A DNA stretch of 64,000 nucleotides from Cyanobacteria bacterium P01_A01_bin.123 (GCA_039815185.1 JBCBZT010000017.1:32001-96000), one strand, 5' to 3'. Counted from the first letter of the stretch, positions 39,236 to 49,981 are shown. Numbers and translations: made by a program. The notes: generated by a model not told the origin, from the sequence alone.

Positions 39236-40186
39236 TTATCCATCAATTGGCTGCATCGAAGTTTCAGGATGGCTCAAAACTTTATTTTCAGGGGGATAAG
39301 CAGCGTGGTGAGCAGATTCTGCTCCTGGAAAAGGTTGATGCAGCCGAACCAGCTGTGCCAAAGTCGTTTTCAACAGGGTTCGTGACACGACCATATCGAC
39401 GAAACCATGGTTGAGCAGATACTCCGATGTTTGGAAATCATCGGGTAGTTTTTCCCTTAGGGTTTGCTCAACCACACGCCGTCCAGCAAAGGCAATCGTG
39501 GCGGTCGGTTCGGCGATGATCACATCCCCCAACATGGCAAAACTAGCAGTCACACCGCCCGTTGTGGGATGGCTCAATACAGGGATATAGAGTAGCCGCT
39601 CGTTGCGGTGACGATCGAGGGCTCCGGAGATTTTAGCCATCTGCATCAGACTCAGCATTCCTTCCTGCATCCTTGCCCCACCTGAGGCGCAGACAATCAC
39701 AACGGGGAGTTTATGCTGGGTGCCTCGCTCAATCAAACGGGTAAGCTTTTCGCCCACGACAGAGCCCATACTGCCGCCCATAAAGCGGAAGTCCATAACG
39801 CCAAACGCAATAGGTAGCCCATCGAGTTCGCCAAGACCGGTTTGGACGGCATCAGTCAATCCGGTCTTATGTTGGGTATCTCGGATGCGATCGCTATAGG
39901 CCTTGCGATCGCGAAACTTAAGTGGATCTTTGGGTGAAACTTCGGTATCCAAAGGCTTCCAAGTCTCCGCATCAATCAGTTGCTGGATGCGCTCATCGCT
40001 AAAGACCCGATAATGATGACCGCACTCTGGACAAACCCAGGCATTCGCCCGTAAGTCCTTGGTGTAGGTGAGGACGCCACAAGCCTCACACTTGCTCCAT
40101 AAGCCATCAGCAATTTCTCGTTCTTGACGATCTTTGCTAATTGGGCCGGATTTTCTTCGATTTGCAAACCAATCAAATAGGGACAT
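39236..40186 (-). CDS. accD: Acetyl-CoA carboxylase carboxyltransferase beta subunit
   Basis: MSLFDWFA, Zn finger, [33 protein letters not shown]. Confidence 0.97.
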   Translation of the reverse strand: MSLFDWFANRRKSGPISKDRQEREIADGLWSKCEACGVLTYTKDLRANAWVCPECGHHYRVFSDERIQQLIDAETWKPLDTEVSPKDPLKFRDRKAYSDRIRDTQHKTGLTDAVQTGLGELDGLPIAFGVMDFRFMGGSMGSVVGEKLTRLIERGTQHKLPVVIVCASGGARMQEGMLSLMQMAKISGALDRHRNERLLYIPVLSHPTTGGVTASFAMLGDVIIAEPTATIAFAGRRVVEQTLREKLPDDFQTSEYLLNHGFVDMVVSRTLLKTTLAQLVRLHQPFPGAESAHHAAYPPENKVLSHPETSMQPIDG

Positions 40187-40551
40187 GAAAACCCTTGCGT
40201 TGCTCCAGGATGTCATCAGCCCCTGGGCGCAGACTTCGGCTTTGATCTAAGTCTGAGATTTAGTCTTGCGATTGAGGGCTATGCTTCCTATCCTACTGGT
40301 TTACTATCACCGATGTTGATCTAGATCACATCTCTATCCCCCATGTCACCGAACAACTGTGTCCCAAAAACTGCATGAATGCTGCATTCCTAGTGAATTC
40401 ACGATTATTTTTCCTGTCGTTGTAGATAAAACCACTCAAAGCATCCTGAAATCTTCGAGGGGTACCATCGAGGTTAGGTGAATCTATCGAGGCATAAGGT
40501 CTAGACCTTCGCCTATTCTTCAAAATAGGCAAAAGGTGTTGAATCTACCAT

Positions 40552-41586
40552 ATGAGCGCAGTGAATTTAGAGAGCTCTCGCAGCTATGATGCGATCTCGG
40601 ACGATCAGCTAAAAGACGAAGATAATGCCATTTGGGTGGTGGATTTATCTGAGGAGGTTCGCCACACCTGGCTGCAGCGAATTTACTGGTTGCGTTGGGT
40701 TGATCGGCTGGCTGAGCAAGAGCAAATTGTGCGTCAAGGTAATGCGTTTCAAGAGTTCCAGCAGGCTTGGAAGCGCCTTTTAGAGAGCGGCCAAGTGCAC
40801 CCCCATGATCACCAGTGGATCATCCTAGATTATCTACACCAAGTTTGGTTTTCGCCAGAGCGGAGTGCCATTATTGCTGAAGCAATTGAAGCTTGGGATG
40901 GTTATGTGGACGCAATGGGAGACTACCATCAGCGTGATTTGACCCTTGAAACCCTGGCAGATTACGAGCTGATGTTAGAGCGTATTGCAGGGTCATTCTT
41001 CCAGTGTTTCCCTTATCAAAATGTTAGCCAATTGCAGGCAACTCGATTCTTTGGCCTGGTCGACCAGTTTTATAACAACCTGCGAGATTTGCACGAAGAT
41101 ACCCTGCAACAGGTGTGTTACTTTCCCGCTGAAGTCTTAGACCGATTTAACCTCCATCGTCAGGAAATTTTGGAGATGACCTGCTTCAAAAATCCAGGCT
41201 ACTTCAAGCTGATGGAGTTTTGGATTGAAGACTATTTGCCTACCATTCGGCGCAAAACCGCGCGACTGGTACTCGCCAGCGATCTCCATCCCTCTTGGCG
41301 ATTGTTGGGCAATTGGTGCATTCATCGCTATGGTCGGGTGGAGCGAGTGATGAAAAGTTGCAGTTACAACTTTGTTGAATTTCCGACTCAATACTGGAAA
41401 GAGGTGCGCCGGGATTTAGCTCACTACCATACGTTGACTCAGTCTGGGCAAATCAGCTCAGTGCAGCGGGCCTATCAAGTCTCTGCGATATCACGCTTCT
41501 TAAAACTGAGCCCAGCGACCGTCAACACCATTCAAACAGGATTTAAGGCCTTGGAACAAAACTGGGACAGCATCTCATCTCGCTAA
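40552..41586 (+). CDS. Squalene/phytoene synthase-like (isoprenoid synthase fold) protein
   Basis: ETLADYE...IAG and QFYNNLRDLHED..QVCYFP resemble Q..N.LRD..ED...R.YLP. Confidence 0.7.
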   Translation: MSAVNLESSRSYDAISDDQLKDEDNAIWVVDLSEEVRHTWLQRIYWLRWVDRLAEQEQIVRQGNAFQEFQQAWKRLLESGQVHPHDHQWIILDYLHQVWFSPERSAIIAEAIEAWDGYVDAMGDYHQRDLTLETLADYELMLERIAGSFFQCFPYQNVSQLQATRFFGLVDQFYNNLRDLHEDTLQQVCYFPAEVLDRFNLHRQEILEMTCFKNPGYFKLMEFWIEDYLPTIRRKTARLVLASDLHPSWRLLGNWCIHRYGRVERVMKSCSYNFVEFPTQYWKEVRRDLAHYHTLTQSGQISSVQRAYQVSAISRFLKLSPATVNTIQTGFKALEQNWDSISSR

Positions 41587-41617
41587 GGTATCTTTAACAA
41601 GCACTCAACCGATAAGC

Positions 41618-42034
41618 ATGAGCATGCTCAACTTTTTTAGATCTTTGGTGTTGATTGGATTACTCCTAGTGACGAATATTGCTAATTTAGACATCGTGCT
41701 GTCAAACTATGGCTCAACCCAAGGACAGTTGGTGGTGTCTTTGTTTGAGAGTCCAGCCACATTTTTGGTAGAACCACTGCAGACGGCAATCATTACGCCG
41801 ATTCCAACGGAGACTGCAGCGGTCAGGTTTGACCAGCTGCCCACAGGTGATATTGCGATCGCGGCCTTTCACGATGTCAATGCCAATGGCGAACTCGACA
41901 CGGGCCTGTTTGGTATTCCCACAGAAGTATTTGTGTTTGGCAACAATGCCCGAGGCACCTTTGGTCCCCCTTCGTTTCAATCGGCTGCGATCGCTCTAGA
42001 AGGCGGCGACAATACCCATAGGGTGTCTTTCTAA
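41618..42034 (+). CDS. DUF2141 family exported protein
   Basis: GQLVVSLF, AIAAFHDVNANGELDTGLFGIPTE..FGNN...FGPPSF. Confidence 0.85.
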   Translation: MSMLNFFRSLVLIGLLLVTNIANLDIVLSNYGSTQGQLVVSLFESPATFLVEPLQTAIITPIPTETAAVRFDQLPTGDIAIAAFHDVNANGELDTGLFGIPTEVFVFGNNARGTFGPPSFQSAAIALEGGDNTHRVSF

Positions 42035-42178
42035 TTGGGCTATGGAGTTACGGCTGTGCCGCCTACCCGACATCTTCTCGATTCAGATTTACCGTTGGCA
42101 TAACAATGCAGATGCGCTCAGTCGCCTGGTGGTTGGCTGGTCATCAAAAACACATCTGACTTTCGAGAAATTGAAATC

Positions 42179-43195
42179 ATGCAACGCCAACCTTTGTCCC
42201 AATTGTCTGACCGCCTGTTTATTACCGATGGCGGTCTCGAAACAACGCTAATTTTCCATGCAGGGTTACATTTGCCTGACTTTGCTGCATTTGACTTGTT
42301 AAAAGATGCACTGGGTTACGAAGCGCTATATCAATACTTTCGAACCTATGCCAGACTTGCCCAGACCTATAATGTTGGCTTGGTGTTAGAAAGTGCGACT
42401 TGGCGAGCCAGCGCGGATTGGGGGACTAGGTTGGGCTATTCTACTGAGGCACTCGCTGAGGCTAACCACCGCGCGATCGCGCTATTGAAAATCATCAGTG
42501 ATAAGTATGCTACGCCCCAATCTCCTATGGTGATCAGTGGTTGCATTGGCCCCCGAGGAGATGGCTACAATCCAGCTGAATCGATGAATACTACTGAGGC
42601 TGCGACTTACCATCGGCCACAGATTGAAACGTTACGCCAAGCGGGTGCAGATTTCGTGACGGCCATCACGATGACCCATACCGAAGAGGCCATCGGTATT
42701 GCCCGCGCGGCTCAATGGGCTGAAATGCCTGTGGTGATTTCGTTTACCGTCGAAACAGATGGTTGTTTACCGACGGGACAATCGCTCAAGCAAGCGATTC
42801 GTCAAGTGGATGCCGTTACCAGTAGTGCCCCAACTTACTACATGATCAATTGTGCCCATCCATTTCATTTCGCCCATACCTTACTGTCTGGGGAACCCTG
42901 GCTAGCAAGGCTGCGGGGCATTCGACCTAATGCATCCCAAATGAGTCATGCTGAACTCGACAATGCCGAAACGCTCGATGCGGGCAATCCCATTGAACTG
43001 AGTAGCCAGTGTGGCGCTCTAAAACGCAAACTGCCCAACCTAACGGTAATTGGGGGCTGCTGTGGAACCGATCATCGCCATGTCGAAGAAATGTGCAAGG
43101 CTTTTGTGGCTTCGAACACTGAAGCTGTTAACGAAAATAACGACCTAAAAACTAAGTTGCAGAAGCGCGATCGCGCTTCTGCAAGCTTGCCCTAA
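42179..43195 (+). CDS. Homocysteine S-methyltransferase family protein
   Basis: ITDGGLET, GPRGDGY, INCAHP, GGCCGT Zn ligands. Confidence 0.9.
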   Translation: MQRQPLSQLSDRLFITDGGLETTLIFHAGLHLPDFAAFDLLKDALGYEALYQYFRTYARLAQTYNVGLVLESATWRASADWGTRLGYSTEALAEANHRAIALLKIISDKYATPQSPMVISGCIGPRGDGYNPAESMNTTEAATYHRPQIETLRQAGADFVTAITMTHTEEAIGIARAAQWAEMPVVISFTVETDGCLPTGQSLKQAIRQVDAVTSSAPTYYMINCAHPFHFAHTLLSGEPWLARLRGIRPNASQMSHAELDNAETLDAGNPIELSSQCGALKRKLPNLTVIGGCCGTDHRHVEEMCKAFVASNTEAVNENNDLKTKLQKRDRASASLP

Positions 43196-43237
43196 TCCAC
43201 TCCACAGGATCCTTACAAATCAAGGGTGTAAGGATAG

Positions 43238-44629
43238 TCAAGCATTGACCATAGTCTTTACCTGAGGCCCGGTTTCAGGTTCTTCAAGCCCAGGAATTTC
43301 ATCGTGGCCTGTAATCAAGCGAACACCGCGCTTGCGTGTGAAGTAGTTCCAGGCCCACTGGGTCATCACCAATAGTTTATTGTCAAACTCCACCAGATAG
43401 TAGATATGAACAATAATCCAGACAAACCAGGCTGGGAACCCCCACATCTTTAAGAAGCCCAGGTCAACGACCGCAGCATTGCGGCCAATCACAGCCATGC
43501 TACCCTTATCGCTGTACTGAAACTGAGGCATTTCAGCACCAGTAATCCGGCTTTGAATCACCTTCGCAATGTGTTCACCCTGCTGCATTGCAACTGCCGC
43601 AACCCCGGGTAACGGCTTGTCATCGCCCTGGTGGGCATAGTGAGCTAAGTCACCCACGACATAAAGATTGCTGTAGTTGGGAACGCTCATGTCAGGCTCC
43701 ACAATTACCCGACCCACCCGGTCGAGTTGAGCACCCGTGCGCTCAGCAATCACACCTCCCACGGGGGATGCTTTCATACCTGCCGCCCAAAGAACGGTGC
43801 AGGCTTGTTGTTGGCTGATTTCTTCACCGCTACGGAATGTTACCGTATCCCCTTCAATACCCGTCACTAAGGTTTTGGTGCGGATTGTTACGCCCAGCTT
43901 CTCTAAGGCTGCTTGGGCCTTAGCCGAGAGTTCCGGTTTGTAGGGTGGCAGCACCCGATCCATTCCTTCCACCAAAATGATTTCGGTTTGGGCGGTATCA
44001 ATCGCGCGGAAATCGTCCTTCAACGTGTCATAGGCCAAATCAGCCAGTGCCCCAGCCAGTTCCACCCCAGTTGGCCCGCCGCCCACAATGACAAATGTTT
44101 GTAACGCCTTCCGTCTGGCAGGATCTGTGGCCTTTTCTGCTGCTTCAAAAGCCAAGAAAATCCGACGGCGAACTTCCAGTGCATCCTCAACGGTTTTCAT
44201 CCCGGGGGCGATGCTCGACCACTCATCTTCCTTGCCAAAGTAGTGGTGGCTGACGCCAGTGGCCACAATCAAACTGTCGTAGCCAATCACCTCACCATTT
44301 TTAAGGGAAACCCGTTGGTGATCAGCATCAATGTTGGTCACCTCACCCATAATTACCTGGGCATTCTTTTGGCTACTTAAGACAGCCCGTAGGGGGGAAG
44401 AGATGTCTCCAGCGGATAGCCCTCCAGTTGCGACCTGATAAAGCAGTGGTTGGAACAAATGAAAGTTGCGTTTATCGATCAACGTAATCTTAACGGGGGC
44501 TTTAGCCAGGGATTTAGCGGCGTAAAGACCTCCAAAGCCACCACCGACAATGACAACGTGGTGAAGAGGTGTTTCTGGGCCAGAGGTAGCTTGATGAGAC
44601 GGTGAGGGACGCTGGAGAACTGCTGTCAT
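43238..44629 (-). CDS. Type II NADH dehydrogenase (NDH-2)
   Basis: GGGFGGL, FQPLLYQVATG, GGGPTGVELAG, GDLA, AMQQG. Confidence 0.93.
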   Translation of the reverse strand: MTAVLQRPSPSHQATSGPETPLHHVVIVGGGFGGLYAAKSLAKAPVKITLIDKRNFHLFQPLLYQVATGGLSAGDISSPLRAVLSSQKNAQVIMGEVTNIDADHQRVSLKNGEVIGYDSLIVATGVSHHYFGKEDEWSSIAPGMKTVEDALEVRRRIFLAFEAAEKATDPARRKALQTFVIVGGGPTGVELAGALADLAYDTLKDDFRAIDTAQTEIILVEGMDRVLPPYKPELSAKAQAALEKLGVTIRTKTLVTGIEGDTVTFRSGEEISQQQACTVLWAAGMKASPVGGVIAERTGAQLDRVGRVIVEPDMSVPNYSNLYVVGDLAHYAHQGDDKPLPGVAAVAMQQGEHIAKVIQSRITGAEMPQFQYSDKGSMAVIGRNAAVVDLGFLKMWGFPAWFVWIIVHIYYLVEFDNKLLVMTQWAWNYFTRKRGVRLITGHDEIPGLEEPETGPQVKTMVNA

Positions 44630-44764
44630 GGAGTTATAACCAAGTGTTAAGTTTCCTAAGCAAATATTACTCGCTATCGGCCCCATAGTGCCCAGATATT
44701 TATTCTAATTCACGGGAAATTTGTCAATCAATTGTTTCAAAATAAAAGAAGTTGTGTTGTGTCT

Positions 44765-46303
44765 TTACTTTGGCGGCGATTCGCATGTGTCGGGGTCGTC
44801 GGTTTGGGGCGTTTCAGTGGCGTTGACATAATCACTATCGGACTTTGCACCTTCGGCAGCTTGAGGGAGGGGCTTAGATTCAAGGGGCTTGCCGCCGTAG
44901 GTTGGTAGCAGGGTCAGTTGGTTGTTAGCGCGAGGCTTGGTGGATTGGCGTCGTCTGCGGGACACGTTTTCTTCGGTGGTTTCTTCGGCAATCACTTCAT
45001 ACAGTAAGGCGAGCTTGTTGCCAGTGCCTTTACGCAAAACACGGCCCAAGCGCTGGATATATTCGCGAGTAGATCCAGATCCTGAAAGCAAAATGGCGAT
45101 CCGGGCTTCGGGTACGTCGACCCCTTCGTTGAGTACGTGGGAGACCACTAGGGTTTTGTAGGTACCGTCGCGAAAGGCTTGAAGAATGCTATGGCGCTCT
45201 TTCACCGGGGTCTGATGGGTAATAGCGGGGATCAGAAAGTCTTGAGAAATTCGATAAACCGTGGCATTGTCATTGGTGAAAATCAACATTCTGTCGGGAT
45301 AGTGCTGGGCTAGCAGATTAGTCAGCACCTGCAGTTTGCCTTCGGTCCCTAGGGCAATGGTTTTGGCTTCGCGGTGGGCTAGCATGGCGCGGCGACCCGC
45401 TTGGGTGCGAGCGCTGGCTTGTACAAACCGCTGCCATCCCTGGGCTGAACTCAGCCAGATATTGGTCTGCTGCAAAAATTGGTTGCGGTGTTGAATCAGG
45501 TGGTCGTAGCGATCGCGCTCAGTATCAGACAACTTGACCTTGATTTGAATGATCTGATAAGGCGCGAGGGCTTGCCCAGAGAGTTCTTCGGCGGTTTTGT
45601 GATAGATGACAGGCCCTAATAGTGTGGTTAAATCGGCATGGCGACCATCGGCCCGATCGGGGGTCGCGGTGAGCCCCAGGCGATAGGGAGCGATCGCGTA
45701 TTCTGCAATCACCCGGTTAAAGTCACTGGGCAAGTGATGGCACTCATCGCAAATCAGCAGTGCATATTGGTTGCCTAAGGTTTCGGCGTGGATAGCGGCG
45801 CTGTCGTAGGTGGCCACTAGAATCGGTGTGCGATCGCGAGAACCGCCCCCCAACAAACCAATCTCTATATCCGGGAAAGTAGCCTTGAGCTGGGCATACC
45901 ACTGGTGCATTAGATCCAGCGTCGGTACCGTGATCAGAGTGCTGCGGGGGGTGGTTTGCATGGCTAACTGGGCCAAGTAAGTTTTGCCAGCAGCGGTTGG
46001 CAGCACGACGACACCGCGCCATCCTGCCTCAATCCAGGCTTGTAGTGCCTCTTGCTGGTGCGAGTAAGGCTGCATCACCACTTGGGGTTTCAAGCTTAGG
46101 GGTTGAAACCCCAGGGCTTGATCGTTGAAGGTGACAGATTCAGCTTTAAGCGCTTCGACCAAAGGCCGATACTGGTTGGCCGGGACTCGAAATCGCTCAA
46201 TCCGATCATCCCAAACTGCAAACTCAATCCAGCTTTTGCCCCGGGGTGGTGGGTGGAGGACTAAGGTACCGCGATCAAATCTCAAGGTTGGGGTGCGCGG
46301 CAT
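44765..46303 (-). CDS. SF2 DEAH helicase, XPB/Rad25-like
   Basis: PTAAGKT, DECHH, LGLTATP, EGVDVP, QRLGRVLR. Confidence 0.88.
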   Translation of the reverse strand: MPRTPTLRFDRGTLVLHPPPRGKSWIEFAVWDDRIERFRVPANQYRPLVEALKAESVTFNDQALGFQPLSLKPQVVMQPYSHQQEALQAWIEAGWRGVVVLPTAAGKTYLAQLAMQTTPRSTLITVPTLDLMHQWYAQLKATFPDIEIGLLGGGSRDRTPILVATYDSAAIHAETLGNQYALLICDECHHLPSDFNRVIAEYAIAPYRLGLTATPDRADGRHADLTTLLGPVIYHKTAEELSGQALAPYQIIQIKVKLSDTERDRYDHLIQHRNQFLQQTNIWLSSAQGWQRFVQASARTQAGRRAMLAHREAKTIALGTEGKLQVLTNLLAQHYPDRMLIFTNDNATVYRISQDFLIPAITHQTPVKERHSILQAFRDGTYKTLVVSHVLNEGVDVPEARIAILLSGSGSTREYIQRLGRVLRKGTGNKLALLYEVIAEETTEENVSRRRRQSTKPRANNQLTLLPTYGGKPLESKPLPQAAEGAKSDSDYVNATETPQTDDPDTCESPPK

Positions 46304-46365
46304 AAACCAAATCCGATTTGAAAACTTGGGTTTTGAGCTTGGAGAAAACTATGGATTGAGAGGGG
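46303..46365 (+). repeat. Dispersed intergenic repeat, family CATCCGATTTGAAAAC
   Basis: taaaccaaatccgatttgaaaacttgggttttgag...gaaaactatggat. Confidence 0.6.
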
Positions 46366-46387
46366 ATTGGAGGTGGCTGAGGGTTAA

Positions 46388-47215
46388 CTACTCTTGAATC
46401 AATGCCTGCACAGCACTCGCTTGACGCACGTGGGTAAAGCTGGGGTCAGTTTTGACCATCATCCGATAGAGCTGCGGACTCAGCTGAATAGCCTTTTGTA
46501 AATTGTGAGCCGATTGATCAGCTTTGTCTTGCAACGCATAGGTAACGGCTCGTCCGTACCAGGCGTTGGGGTTATCTTCCCGATACTTAAGAGAGATGTC
46601 AAAGCTAGCGATCGCATCCTCAAACCGCTTCATTTTATTGAGGACAAAGCCCCGATAATTCCAGGCGTAATAACAGTCACGTTTGAGCGTTAGCGTTGTG
46701 TCGAGGCTATCGAGGGCCTGCTTATAGCGGCGGACAGAAGCCAATGCGATCGCCTTGTTATACCACGAACGATAGTGGTTGGGGCGCAGCTTAATCGCCC
46801 GTTCAAAACTGCTGATCGCCTCGATAAACTGATCCAAATGTAGTTTGGCATTGGCCAGGTTGTACCAGGCTTTGGCGTCGCTTGGATCACAGGCTACGGC
46901 CCGTTCAAAACTAGACAGTGCGGCTTCGTAGTCTCCTTGCTTAGCCTGAACAATGCCGAGGCCATGCCAGGCTAAGACGCTTTTGCCATTCAGTGACAGG
47001 GCTGCCTGGAAACTCTCTAGGGCCATCTCATAGGACTTGAGTTCGAACAAGGCATAGCCTCGATGGATCCAGCTCTCCCAGTTGTGAGGATTCTGGTTCA
47101 GAACCTGATCAAATTTCGCGATCGCACTCTCGTAGTGGCCAATGTCATACAGGGCAGTGCCTTGACCGTACCAAGTTTCAGAGTTGGAGTTTTGCGCTTC
47201 AGGGGAGGTAAACAC
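46388..47215 (-). CDS. Tetratricopeptide repeat protein
   Basis: About 7 canonical TPRs (AWYNLA, SWYNKA, AWNYRG, AWYGRA); start uncertain. Confidence 0.92.
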   Translation of the reverse strand: MFTSPEAQNSNSETWYGQGTALYDIGHYESAIAKFDQVLNQNPHNWESWIHRGYALFELKSYEMALESFQAALSLNGKSVLAWHGLGIVQAKQGDYEAALSSFERAVACDPSDAKAWYNLANAKLHLDQFIEAISSFERAIKLRPNHYRSWYNKAIALASVRRYKQALDSLDTTLTLKRDCYYAWNYRGFVLNKMKRFEDAIASFDISLKYREDNPNAWYGRAVTYALQDKADQSAHNLQKAIQLSPQLYRMMVKTDPSFTHVRQASAVQALIQE

Positions 47216-47410
47216 AGCACTAATAGTGTCAGGTCAATGGAAGCAAGGTCAAGCAGCTGCGAATGAAACCGAGAAAGCGAGAGCCAGTAAATCAAATGTG
47301 ATCTCAAAGTGATTAAGCCAGTCCCGTAGCATCCTGAACCCCTGAATTCAAAGGAGATTTCTATTTTGCAAGATCACTATTCTGGTGGATACTATAAGGC
47401 CAATGCATGA

Positions 47411-47495
47411 CATCCGATTTGAAAACTTGATTTGGGGTGCAGCACCTACGCCCCAACTGAAAAAGCTATAGTTCTGAATCAGGACAAAGTTTAGA
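47411..47495 (+). repeat. Dispersed intergenic repeat, family CATCCGATTTGAAAAC, with an internal hairpin
   Basis: catccgatttgaaaacttga...ttgggg/ccccaa hairpin...aaaagctatagttctgaatcaggacaaagttta. Confidence 0.65.
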
Positions 47496-47598
47496 ATAAA
47501 ACTTTTATAGCTCCTTATGCCATTGCAGTGGACTATCAGCGCTTTTAGCCAAGATTTTAAACCCCATCTAAAGTCCTAGCAACAAAACTCAACACTTT

Positions 47599-49008
47599 AT
47601 GCCCGCTTCGACAACCTATCGCATCGAAAAAGATTCTATGGGGGAACGCCAAATTCCTGCCCATGCCTATTATGGTATCCAGACGTTACGAGCGGTTGAA
47701 AACTTCCCAATTAGCGGCCTTAAGCCGTTGCGCATCTATGTCGATGCTTGTGTGTTAATCAAAAAAGCGGCGGCGATCGCCAATGGGGAATTGGGCTGTA
47801 TCCCATCCGACATTAGCCGCGTCATTGTCCAAGCTGCTGATGAAGTCCTGGCAGGCAATCTGCGTGATCAGTTTATCGTTGATGTCTATCAGGCTGGGGC
47901 AGGTACCTCTCACCATATGAATGTAAATGAGGTCTTGGCCAACCGTGCCTTGGAGATTTTAGGAGACGCCAAGGGCAACTATGGGCGATTGAGCCCCAAT
48001 GACCACGTCAACTACGGCCAGTCCACCAATGATGTGATTCCGACTGCGATTCGCATTGGCGGTTTGATTGCCATGGAACATCGTTTGTTCCCGGCCCTCT
48101 CCGATGCGATCGCGGCCCTCGACAATAATGCTGAAGCCTTTCAAGACGTGGTGCGTTCAGGCCGGACTCACCTACAAGATGCCGTGCCTGTGCGGTTGGG
48201 CGAAACGTTTCGGGCTTGGGCCCAAATCCTCACCGAACATATGATTCGCATTGAAACGGCCTCTGGCGATCTGACCCTGTTGGGGTTGGGCGGGAGTGCT
48301 GCCGGAACCGGATTAAATACCCATCCCCAATATCGATCGCGGGTGGCTGAATTACTCGGCCAACTGATTGATCAGCCGCTGAAACCTGCGCCCCATTTGA
48401 TGGCGGCAATGCAAAGTATGTCCCCTTTTGTGGCCGTTTCTGGTGCCCTGCGTAACCTGGCTCAAGACTGCGTCAAAATTTCCCACGATTTGCGTTTGCT
48501 GGATTCTGGCCCCAAAACTGGGTTCAAAGAAATTCAGCTCCCGCCAGTGCAACCTGGTTCGTCGATTATGCCGGGAAAATACAATCCGGTGATGGCCGAG
48601 ATGACCTCTATGGTTTGCTTTCAGGTAATGGGCTATGATCAGTCGATTGCGTTAGCCGCTCAAGCTGGGCAGCTTGAACTCAACGTGATGATGCCGCTGA
48701 TTGCCTATAATCTGATTCACAGCATTGAGATTCTCGGCAATACGCTAGCCGCCTTCACCCAAAAATGCCTCAAAGGTATTGACACCAATCGCGATCGCGC
48801 TTTGGCCTATGCTGAAGGTAGCTTGGCCCTAGTGACGGCCTTGAATCCACACATTGGTTATCTCAATGCCGCGGCGATTGCTAAAGAATCCTTAGAGACG
48901 GGCAAATCCTTAAGACAACTGGTGCTTGAGAAAAACCTGATGGACGCTGACAAATTGGCTGAAGTCTTGGATTTGGCCCAAATGAGCAAAATTATTGGTA
49001 CTCCTTAA
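47599..49008 (+). CDS. aspA: Aspartate ammonia-lyase (fumarase/aspartase superfamily)
   Basis: YYGIQTLRA, QAGAGTS..MN (aspartase-type), GRTHLQDA, PGSSIMPGKYNP. Confidence 0.85.
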   Translation: MPASTTYRIEKDSMGERQIPAHAYYGIQTLRAVENFPISGLKPLRIYVDACVLIKKAAAIANGELGCIPSDISRVIVQAADEVLAGNLRDQFIVDVYQAGAGTSHHMNVNEVLANRALEILGDAKGNYGRLSPNDHVNYGQSTNDVIPTAIRIGGLIAMEHRLFPALSDAIAALDNNAEAFQDVVRSGRTHLQDAVPVRLGETFRAWAQILTEHMIRIETASGDLTLLGLGGSAAGTGLNTHPQYRSRVAELLGQLIDQPLKPAPHLMAAMQSMSPFVAVSGALRNLAQDCVKISHDLRLLDSGPKTGFKEIQLPPVQPGSSIMPGKYNPVMAEMTSMVCFQVMGYDQSIALAAQAGQLELNVMMPLIAYNLIHSIEILGNTLAAFTQKCLKGIDTNRDRALAYAEGSLALVTALNPHIGYLNAAAIAKESLETGKSLRQLVLEKNLMDADKLAEVLDLAQMSKIIGTP

Positions 49009-49018
49009 CGCAAGTTCT

Positions 49019-49981
49019 ATGATTAATTCAACACCCCAGGCGACCGCACCCTACGCTATGGATGAAGAAGCCTGGTGGGTTCAGCAATGGGTTGATTTAC
49101 TCAACTCCTATCGATTCAAGAAGCGGTTAGAGCGCGGGCGACGCTACGCCCGTGAAGGTCATATCCTCAGCCTAGAATTCAAAGGCTCCAAAGTGGCTGC
49201 CAAGGTTCAAGGTACAGCGCCTGACCCCTATAAGCTCTCAATCTGGATCGACCCCTTCTCGGACGAAGATTGGGACTATGTGGTTGATACCCTCGCCGAG
49301 AAAGCGCTGTTCTCAGCCCAGCTTCTAGCTGGAGAAATGCCCAAAGACATTGAGGCCGTTTTTACCGCCAATGGTTTGAGTCTGTTTCCGTTTACCCTGT
49401 CCGATGTCCATTCCCGCTGTAGCTGCCCCGATCCAAAGAACCCCTGCAAACACATTGCGGCGGTTTACTACCAATTAGGAGACTTCTTTCGCGAAGACCC
49501 CTTTGTCCTGTTTCAACTGCGGGGCCGCACCAAAAGCCAACTGCTTGAGGCCCTACGTCAACGACGCAGACAGCAAAACCAAGTTGAAGCCGGGGTCGGA
49601 TTGGCTGAAACTGCATCGGTTGAAGCTGAATTAACCGAAGCGGAATCAGCTGAAACTGCATCGGTTGAAGCTGATTCAACCGTGATCATGGCCGCCGATG
49701 ACATGTTGGTGGCATCTGAAACGGCGATCGCGCCCGCATCGACAGATCAGTTCGCAGTGAGTCGCCCTGTAACTGAACGCCCCCTTGACTTACAGCGATT
49801 TTGGCAATACGATCAGTCTCTTGATCACTCTTTAGTCGTCATTACCCCGACGAGTGAGACAGTGCTAGACACCCTAGGCCCCCTGCCGCTCCCTGCCGAA
49901 GATGCCCAAGCCGTGATGAACTATCTCAGAATGATCTATCAACAGGTGGGACAACAGGCAATGATGTCTGCCCTGAGCTAA
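49019..49981 (+). CDS. SWIM zinc finger protein
   Basis: RLERGRRYAREG, CSCPDPKNPCKH, DPFVLFQLRG. Confidence 0.9.
   Translation: MINSTPQATAPYAMDEEAWWVQQWVDLLNSYRFKKRLERGRRYAREGHILSLEFKGSKVAAKVQGTAPDPYKLSIWIDPFSDEDWDYVVDTLAEKALFSAQLLAGEMPKDIEAVFTANGLSLFPFTLSDVHSRCSCPDPKNPCKHIAAVYYQLGDFFREDPFVLFQLRGRTKSQLLEALRQRRRQQNQVEAGVGLAETASVEAELTEAESAETASVEADSTVIMAADDMLVASETAIAPASTDQFAVSRPVTERPLDLQRFWQYDQSLDHSLVVITPTSETVLDTLGPLPLPAEDAQAVMNYLRMIYQQVGQQAMMSALS
49604..49674 (+). repeat. In-frame 45-bp-period duplication (AETASVEA x2)
   Basis: gctgaaactgcatcggttgaagctga at 49604 and 49649. Confidence 0.85.

Noticed and set aside
40326..40532. 68-aa minus-strand ORF upstream of accD
   Set aside because: TTG start, no motif, and it lies in a divergent promoter region
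47599..49008. fumC assignment
   Set aside because: GAGTS..MN matches aspartase better than the fumarase TGSGTQ.NMN; not fully excluded without phylogeny
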